Shown: piece by piece, positions 27,711-32,907 of the stretch | Layout of the letters: each line of letters begins with the position of its first letter | How positions within the stretch are numbered: the first letter of the stretch is position 1 | Translations under genes and position numbers: made by a program | Source of the DNA: Oscillospiraceae bacterium | GTDB taxonomy: Bacteria; Bacillota; Clostridia; Oscillospirales; Ruminococcaceae | NCBI GenBank assembly: GCA_045595985.1 | Contig: JAZOBK010000098.1 | Location: 1-32,907 of the forward strand | Direction: 5' to 3' | DNA length: 32,907 nt | The notes under the pieces: model-generated | Databases searched by the model: none | What the model was told of the DNA's origin: nothing | What the model saw: the letters and a program-made list of their open reading frames with translations, nothing else

Positions 27711-28034
27711 ATGAAGTATAAATACATCCCCCTTCTTCTCTGCACCCTCCTCCTTACCGCCTGCGGACAGGAACACCGTCTGTCATGCAATCCGGAGGAG
27801 CCGGGGAAATTGGCAGAAAGCATGGTGCAGGAAATTTCCACCGAAACGGAGTATTTCTACGATGCACAGGATCGTGTCACCCGTGAGATCGTCCGTTCGA
27901 CCTATCTGGACGGAATGCTTTATGATACGATGTACGGCTATGACGAAGCCGGACGAAGACTCGAATTGACAAGCGATCATAGTGATTCGGAGGTGTCCGT
28001 GCATTTGTGGTATGGATATGTATACTTTTATTAA
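27711..28034 (+). CDS. small lipoprotein with YD-repeat-like motifs
   Basis: Signal peptide with lipobox LLTAC. YDAQDRVTRE and YGYDEAGRRLEL resemble the YD/RHS repeat consensus. Confidence 0.6.
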   Translation: MKYKYIPLLLCTLLLTACGQEHRLSCNPEEPGKLAESMVQEISTETEYFYDAQDRVTREIVRSTYLDGMLYDTMYGYDEAGRRLELTSDHSDSEVSVHLWYGYVYFY

Positions 28035-28186
28035 TTTGGCAATTAGCCATTGATAAATTCATTTTTCCTATTTTATAAAGCGGCTTTTTGAGGTGCCCGT
28101 AGAATAACACTTGTAAGCAAAATGAATATAATTGCGTTTTTTGCCCACAATAGAATTGTACAGAGTTACAAAAAACAAAAAAAAGC

Positions 28187-28215
28187 TTGACATTGCACCT
28201 GTATTGTGATATACT
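28187..28215 (+). promoter_or_regulatory. strong sigma-A promoter of the tRNA gene
   Basis: A-tract (UP-like), then TTGACA, 17 nt, TATACT, with a TGn extension. Confidence 0.55.
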
Positions 28216-28252
28216 TATATAGTACTTGACACATAACGTCCTGTACTCATAT

Positions 28253-28329
<77 letters not shown>

Positions 28330-28333
28330 CACC

Positions 28334-28400
28334 GAAAAGCACTATGCAATTGTTTTGGAGAAGGGCCAGAAAACTCCGCGACTTTTGCATAGTGCTTTTC
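28334..28400 (+). terminator. 16-bp perfect inverted repeat with a 35-nt loop, then a T-run
   Basis: GAAAAGCACTATGCAA … TTGCATAGTGCTTTTC followed by TT. It starts 5 nt after the tRNA. Confidence 0.4.
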
Positions 28401-28627
28401 TTATGCCTATTTTACTACATTTTTTGAGGTTTGTCAAGAGGTGGGATTGAAAATCCAAACCGGACTCTACATCAAAATTTTGTCATAGTGAGGTAGATGA
28501 GTGATGTAACTGGTAGCGTGCCAAACTCAAAAATACAGCTACCGTACAGCTACGCAAAAAAATCAGTAAAAATTCATTTCATATCATTGCGTGCCATCAG
28601 GTGTCTCAACAAAAATTAACATCTTCT

Positions 28628-28653
28628 GAAAGGCTCCCACTCGGGAGCCTTTC
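28628..28653. terminator. 11-bp stem hairpin downstream of the amidotransferase-like gene
   Basis: GAAAGGCTCCC-actc-GGGAGCCTTTC. Confidence 0.5.
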
Positions 28654-28687
28654 GTCATGCCGCTTCATACCATGTTTCTGTATCCTG

Positions 28688-29632
28688 TTAAACTTCCGCC
28701 ATCTCCAACTCCTCCTCCAACACCGAAGGCTCCCACAACATTATCTCAATTTCATCATACGAGAACCCCAGATCAATCAGCCGCCGTACCTCCTCCGGTG
28801 TCACGCAGAAATACCCGCACATCTCCAACAGAATTGCATAATCATCCGTGCTTTCGGGATATTCATCCTCCCATCCGAAGATACTCCCAGAATATCTGCC
28901 GTAGCTGTATGTCTGCGCCATTGTAAATGTATCACGGCTGAAACTGCCATTCTTGCTGATCTTCAAAATCTCCCCATCCTGCACCTCAATCACGGAATAA
29001 TTCAGATGATTCAGCGATACTGCCTTCAATGCCTTGTGCATGATCCCGGCAGTCGAGGCATATGCATAAAGCCTGAAATCCGGGAAATAAACCAGATACA
29101 GCGGACTCGAACCCTTGACAAAATACAGATTGTTTTGCTCGTCCAGAAGCGTGAATGTAAAGCTCCCACGCACAGATTCCGCCATGCTGCGCAGACTCTC
29201 AAAATTCAGCTTCCCTTCACGCTCAATCAGCTGCACGGCAACATAGCTGTCGGTTTCGATCGGCGTATGGGGGAGCTGTTTTTCCTTGCGCAGCTCCGCA
29301 TCATTGTACAAAACACCGTTGTGGGCGAGGGCGAATTCTTTCCCAGCATTCCCATGAAACGGATGATTGTTGTAATTCTTCTTCTGGTCGCCCTGCGTCG
29401 TGAAACGAGTATGCCCCATCACAGCGGTCGTACCTTTCGGGATGCGGAATCTCATCTTGTGAGCCGGACGGGGACGCTTGTAAATCGTCAGCTTTCCGCC
29501 ACACTTGTAGGCAATGCCGCTTGCATGATCGCCCCGTTCTTCCGAGGCATTTGCCAGTGCCTGCACCAGCTTTTGCAGGACTTTATGCGGAATTTTCTTG
29601 CCGCAGTCAAGGTATCCAAATAATGCACACAT
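28688..29632 (-). CDS. stand-alone class II (Ntn) glutamine amidotransferase-like protein with an acidic C-terminal extension
   Basis: N-terminal MC (Cys2 nucleophile). GHTRFTTQG…NNHPF…LAHNGVLYN motifs are typical of Ntn GATases. TAGGAGG RBS. No synthase domain is present. Confidence 0.75.
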   Translation of the reverse strand: MCALFGYLDCGKKIPHKVLQKLVQALANASEERGDHASGIAYKCGGKLTIYKRPRPAHKMRFRIPKGTTAVMGHTRFTTQGDQKKNYNNHPFHGNAGKEFALAHNGVLYNDAELRKEKQLPHTPIETDSYVAVQLIEREGKLNFESLRSMAESVRGSFTFTLLDEQNNLYFVKGSSPLYLVYFPDFRLYAYASTAGIMHKALKAVSLNHLNYSVIEVQDGEILKISKNGSFSRDTFTMAQTYSYGRYSGSIFGWEDEYPESTDDYAILLEMCGYFCVTPEEVRRLIDLGFSYDEIEIMLWEPSVLEEELEMAEV

Positions 29633-29643
29633 GATTGTTCCTC

Positions 29644-29910
29644 CTATTTTCTATTTTTCAGAATGTCCGAAATATCGATCGTTCGCAACTCCTCAGCAGT
29701 CAGCAGGATCATCGTGTCGCAGAGATGGATGAGCGTTTGCAGGACGCTGTAAACTTTGTTCAGGTTGATGGTCGTGCCGAGAATTTCAATCCTCGCCCGA
29801 CCGGTGGTGATCAGGTACAGGCAGACTTTTGAAAGCATCTGCACCGTGCCACGAATCATGCCCCAGGGGACTTTCCGGAGGTACTCCATCAGTCCAACAG
29901 TTGCTTTCAT
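29644..29910 (-). CDS. hypothetical protein (88 aa)
   Basis: Tightly packed upstream of the amidotransferase-like gene (11-nt gap). I do not recognise a family. Confidence 0.45.
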   Translation of the reverse strand: MKATVGLMEYLRKVPWGMIRGTVQMLSKVCLYLITTGRARIEILGTTINLNKVYSVLQTLIHLCDTMILLTAEELRTIDISDILKNRK

Positions 29911-30030
29911 TTACATCTCCTCCTCGCCTGTGATCTCCTCATTGATGTACAGCCGCCGTTCCTTCAGGTACTGAATCAGCTCCGGTTCCGTGACGGATGC
30001 CACAAAATCCGACCACGACAGTGATTGCAT
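29911..30030 (-). CDS. possible 39-aa ORF (MQSLSWSDFVASVTEPELIQYLKERRLYINEEITGEEEM)
   Basis: Found by manual translation. Its TAA is directly followed by the ATG of the 88-aa ORF. It is below the ORF-track size cutoff and could be a gene fragment. Confidence 0.25.
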   Translation of the reverse strand: MQSLSWSDFVASVTEPELIQYLKERRLYINEEITGEEEM

Positions 30031-30050
30031 TTCCTCGTCGGACAAAGTAA

Positions 30051-30173
30051 AAGCCACATCACAGATCCAAGATACTCGGACACAGCAGCGTTGGATTTAC
30101 TCTCGATGTCTATGCGCATGTGACGGAGACGTTGAAGGTGGAGGAGATCGGCAAGCTGCAGGGATTTTTGTGA
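30051..30173 (+). pseudogene. C-terminal remnant of a tyrosine recombinase/integrase
   Basis: Manual translation gives KPHHRSKILGHSSVGFTLDVYAHVTETLKVEEIGKLQGFL*. The LGHS…T…YxH block containing the catalytic Tyr is present. A stop lies immediately upstream and there is no N-terminal body. Confidence 0.7.
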
Positions 30174-30184
30174 TTGCTTAAAAA

Positions 30185-30204
30185 TGCCTCCCGTTAGGGA
30201 GGCA
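30185..30204 (-). terminator. rho-independent terminator (second of two) after the PIWI-like gene
   Basis: The minus strand reads TGCCTCCC-taac-GGGAGGCA followed by TTTTT. Confidence 0.65.
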
Positions 30205-30220
30205 GAACAATAAAAAGATA

Positions 30221-30250
30221 AGGACTGATACACTGCCATGCATCAGTCCT
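30221..30250 (-). terminator. hairpin plus T-run (first of two) after the PIWI-like gene
   Basis: AGGACTGAT-12 nt-ATCAGTCCT, followed on the minus strand by TATCTTTTTATT. Confidence 0.5.
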
Positions 30251-30261
30251 ATCATTCAAAT

Positions 30262-31182
30262 TCAATTTACATCCAACCCCAAAGTCCGTACATACTCTCT
30301 CAAATACTTGAATGGAAACGGCAGAACAGTCAGCTGCCCATTCCGTACAAATGTCACATTCATGAGCGGTAGCAGATTATCAAACATCATCGGTGCATCT
30401 TCATAAGGCTCAATTCTGCGAATATTAACTGCAGTGTGCAATGTGTATTTCATGCCTGCTCCAATTGCACCAACAAAATAGAAGGTACTATTTCCATCAT
30501 AGAGTTGCTTGATGTCAATGCTGGCAGAAAGCAGCTCCTCACGCATTTGTTTTCCACGCAGAGCGGTATTACCATTTTTCAGTTCTTCACGGATTCTGAA
30601 CAATTCAGGAATCGTCACCCATCCGGTATCCTTGATGATGTTGATATTACCATTGTGATCACGAATCAGTCCCTTGATCGTTTCTGAATTACTTTTTGCA
30701 TCTGCAAAGATCTGTACACATCGGCTGAACTGCTGTTCTTCGAACAAATCCAGCTCCTGTTCGGAGATGGCAAAGCTTCCGTCCGGATGAATCTGCATAA
30801 AGAAATATCTCTCCGTAGTTTCATTCTCTGCCATCATGCCAAAGGAGATATCCTCCTGAAGACCAAGCTTTTCCCAGTCAAACAAGCGGATGCGCTGTTC
30901 CTGCAAATCTGCCTTGATAAGCAGTTCATGTACAACTGTAGAAATGGCATACTCCGCATGATCGCCAAAATCCTCAAAGGTGATATGCTGTACAGCTGCA
31001 TCGGGGTATTGCTTCTGATGCGGATCATTCCCATCCAGATAATACGATGCATTGTGAATCAGGCAAAGATTCAGATGCTTCTTTAATACACGCTTCCCAA
31101 TCGGAGCTGAGATATTGTATTTTTCCAGAAGTAAAGCCTGCATCTTTTTGCAAAACTCCTGTGAGTACACATCATCAATCAT
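30262..31182 (-). CDS. hypothetical 306-aa protein; candidate minimal PIWI/RNase H-like (Argonaute-type C-terminal motifs)
   Basis: The ATG at 31182 overlaps the upstream stop by 8 nt (ATGATTGA). The longer 418-aa ORF start lies inside the upstream gene. C-terminal motifs: IIKDTG…ELFRIREEL, FYFVGAIG, and TFVR-x7-PFPFKYL. Confidence 0.5.
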   Translation of the reverse strand: MIDDVYSQEFCKKMQALLLEKYNISAPIGKRVLKKHLNLCLIHNASYYLDGNDPHQKQYPDAAVQHITFEDFGDHAEYAISTVVHELLIKADLQEQRIRLFDWEKLGLQEDISFGMMAENETTERYFFMQIHPDGSFAISEQELDLFEEQQFSRCVQIFADAKSNSETIKGLIRDHNGNINIIKDTGWVTIPELFRIREELKNGNTALRGKQMREELLSASIDIKQLYDGNSTFYFVGAIGAGMKYTLHTAVNIRRIEPYEDAPMMFDNLLPLMNVTFVRNGQLTVLPFPFKYLREYVRTLGLDVN

Positions 31183-32907
31183 ATGCCATGGCAATACGAA
31201 AATACCGTTCTTTGTTATAGTTGTTCTGACTGTTTTCCAGAACTGAACGTTCCAGATCATGATAAATTTTTTCAGCAAGATCACGATCTGAAACGACCTG
31301 CATCCATGTATCCAGTGAATAATCTCGACTGCCAAGCAGCTCCGTGTGGATCTGAATATCGTTCTGATACCCGGTCTGTGCCTCCTGGAATTCTGCACGC
31401 AGCCGTTCATAATCTGAATTGGGAAGCTGATAATACACGGGCTGCATTTTTGAACGCAGATAATCCAGATCAAAGTTTCCGATGACTGTCGGAACTGTTG
31501 CGGTTGCAGAAATACCAATCACTTTTGCGCGCTCACAGAAACGAAGCAAAAATTTCTCCGGCGTATTCTGGAACGAATACATCATGATATGGGACTGCAT
31601 ATCATGCATGGAATCATCCTCAAAGCAATAATATCGGAATCCATGCTCGTAGAGTGAACGGTCAAATTCGGTTCCGGCGATCGTATCACTTTTTGATTTC
31701 CTTGTGGAAATCATGATCTGGGAGGTGAGATAATCCGCATCATGCTGACGAAGATGGAACAAGGAAAGAACAGTACGAATCGCAGATTCCTGTGAAAATT
31801 CGTCCTCACCTTCCTGACGTCTTTCATTTTTGCATTGCCTGTAATTGATGGCAAGAATATTGACTGTCATCTGGAACCAACGCATGAACCCACGCAGTTT
31901 TCCCAGCATGACCTGAATATTACTACGATCGGATTCTGGTTTTGTTTCTGTAAATCGGATAGCATTGATTTTATTCTTGCGATCGCTGACAGTAGAAACA
32001 TAATTGTTGGAACCGTTCAGAATGGAATGAAACTGGTGATCCTGAAAGAGGAAGTTTTTTGATGCTGGTTCTGTTTCAACAGTGGTACGATGGCTGAACT
32101 GCAGGGAATAGTTCTGATAGATTTCGTCAGCGAGTTGCTTTGTATCCTCCAAAACGGATTGGAGGGATTGATTTCTGTAGCTGCTCTCCATTCTTTGGCG
32201 TGATGGTGTTGTCAATGCAGCAGGGAACTCGTTTGTCTGCATTGCAGCATAGATGGACTTGAAAAGTTCAATAAAGTCAATTTTATCACGCAGACCGTTC
32301 TGAATGATATTTTTGAGCATGGTATCCTTGGTAGAATCGAATTCATCAATAAAAATAACAGCCTTTTCTACAAGTTTTGAGTTGTAGAACATATAGGAAG
32401 GCTCAACAATGGTCGCATTCCGAACAAGAAATTTATCCATGCTCATGAAGAAAATCTGTCTGTCCCGCGTGAATACTGCGGGGTATAATAACCCCAGCCA
32501 TTGCCAGCGTTTTTCTGTCTTGATAGCAGTGATACGCTGTCTGACACTGCTGTATTCATGGGCAAGCAGTTTTTCCAGCTTTCTGCGAAAGGCTGGTTCC
32601 GTGCGTTCACGGAAATTTTTTTCGATTCCTTTTGCCATTTCTCGTGACCGATAGTCCCTATCAGCTTTCTGAAGAAAGCTGATTTCCAGAGAGAATGCTT
32701 TGTACTCGTCGGTCTTTCGAATGTCATCGGGGATTGCATTATGTAGAGCATCTGTGAAATTCGTTACAGCACTTTCCCAATTAGAATCAAGAAACAGAAA
32801 CTTTTCATGAAACTCTGTCAGTTTTCCGGCTTGTGCAAAGAAGTCTTGCAGGTCTTTCTGGGGAAGATTTTTCTTGAGCGGGGTAATGAAGTCGGAGGCC
32901 AAGCGGT
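31175..32907 (-). CDS. helicase/NTPase-like protein, 5'-truncated by the window edge
   Basis: The frame is open to the window end and no Walker A motif is in view. It has a Walker B/motif II-like VIFIDEFD, then about 275 aa later a motif III-like VIGISATA. AT-rich codon usage. Confidence 0.55.
   Translation of the reverse strand, partial: RLASDFITPLKKNLPQKDLQDFFAQAGKLTEFHEKFLFLDSNWESAVTNFTDALHNAIPDDIRKTDEYKAFSLEISFLQKADRDYRSREMAKGIEKNFRERTEPAFRRKLEKLLAHEYSSVRQRITAIKTEKRWQWLGLLYPAVFTRDRQIFFMSMDKFLVRNATIVEPSYMFYNSKLVEKAVIFIDEFDSTKDTMLKNIIQNGLRDKIDFIELFKSIYAAMQTNEFPAALTTPSRQRMESSYRNQSLQSVLEDTKQLADEIYQNYSLQFSHRTTVETEPASKNFLFQDHQFHSILNGSNNYVSTVSDRKNKINAIRFTETKPESDRSNIQVMLGKLRGFMRWFQMTVNILAINYRQCKNERRQEGEDEFSQESAIRTVLSLFHLRQHDADYLTSQIMISTRKSKSDTIAGTEFDRSLYEHGFRYYCFEDDSMHDMQSHIMMYSFQNTPEKFLLRFCERAKVIGISATATVPTVIGNFDLDYLRSKMQPVYYQLPNSDYERLRAEFQEAQTGYQNDIQIHTELLGSRDYSLDTWMQVVSDRDLAEKIYHDLERSVLENSQNNYNKERYFRIAMAYD

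Noticed and set aside
28445-28470. GAAAATCCAAACCGGACTC as a possible degenerate copy of the tRNA 3' end (AAATCCGGCTC), that is, an att remnant.
   Set aside because: The match is short and interrupted and is indistinguishable from chance by eye. It needs a comparison with an empty site.
28601-29623. 340-aa plus-strand ORF overlapping the amidotransferase-like gene.
   Set aside because: The minus-strand frame has the Cys2 nucleophile, Ntn GATase motifs and a strong RBS. The plus-strand product is Pro/His/Gln-rich with no motifs.
29976-30239. 87-aa minus-strand ORF across the integrase-remnant/terminator region.
   Set aside because: It overlaps two terminator hairpins and the integrase fragment. 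It has no RBS and an odd composition, so it is likely non-coding.
31183-31518. N-terminal extension of the 418-aa version of ORF 30262-31518.
   Set aside because: The extension lies entirely inside the upstream helicase-like gene in another frame and translates to Cys/Ile-rich nonsense. The ATG at 31182 gives a classic 8-nt stop/start overlap.

Overview
The window comes from a moderately GC-rich, spore-forming Firmicute that looks Clostridia-like, based on spoVAC, rex and a Gram-positive style rimP-nusA-infB operon. The taxon is inferred, not proven.

Core regions:
- 0.2-8.7 kb (+): a conserved operon of rimP, nusA, ylxR, ylxQ, infB, a small acidic ORF, rbfA, nrnA, truB and ribF. It has a consensus-like promoter and a leader hairpin.
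- 8.8-14.0 kb (+): a GldA/F/G-like ABC cassette, a DUF4340-like protein and a small ORF.
- 14.2-17.6 kb (-): an operon of a B12-type radical SAM enzyme, an ABC ATPase and an ABC-2 permease. It is divergent from an overlapping mntR-like/Sfp-type PPTase pair.
- 18.9-28.3 kb: SASA-type esterase coupled to rex, a histidine phosphatase, an orphan spoVAC, and an OmpR/histidine-kinase pair whose sensor loop is low-complexity. These are followed by a nitroreductase, glf, a tmk-like kinase, a small YD-repeat lipoprotein and an initiator tRNA-Met.

Accessory region (28.3 kb to the window end), where the character changes to a mosaic:
- A stand-alone Ntn (class II) amidotransferase-like gene with two tiny upstream ORFs.
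- A roughly 40-codon C-terminal remnant of a tyrosine integrase.
- Tandem terminators.
- A visibly AT-richer, translationally coupled gene pair. The first is a helicase/NTPase-like gene truncated by the window edge. The second is a 306-aa protein whose C-terminal half carries Argonaute PIWI-like motifs.

This pair is the best candidate for an undescribed system: a helicase plus mini-PIWI module, conceptually like pPIWI-RE/DinG or DdmDE. The assignment rests on motif reading by eye and needs profile or structure searches.

I recognised no CRISPR array, rRNA or intact transposase.
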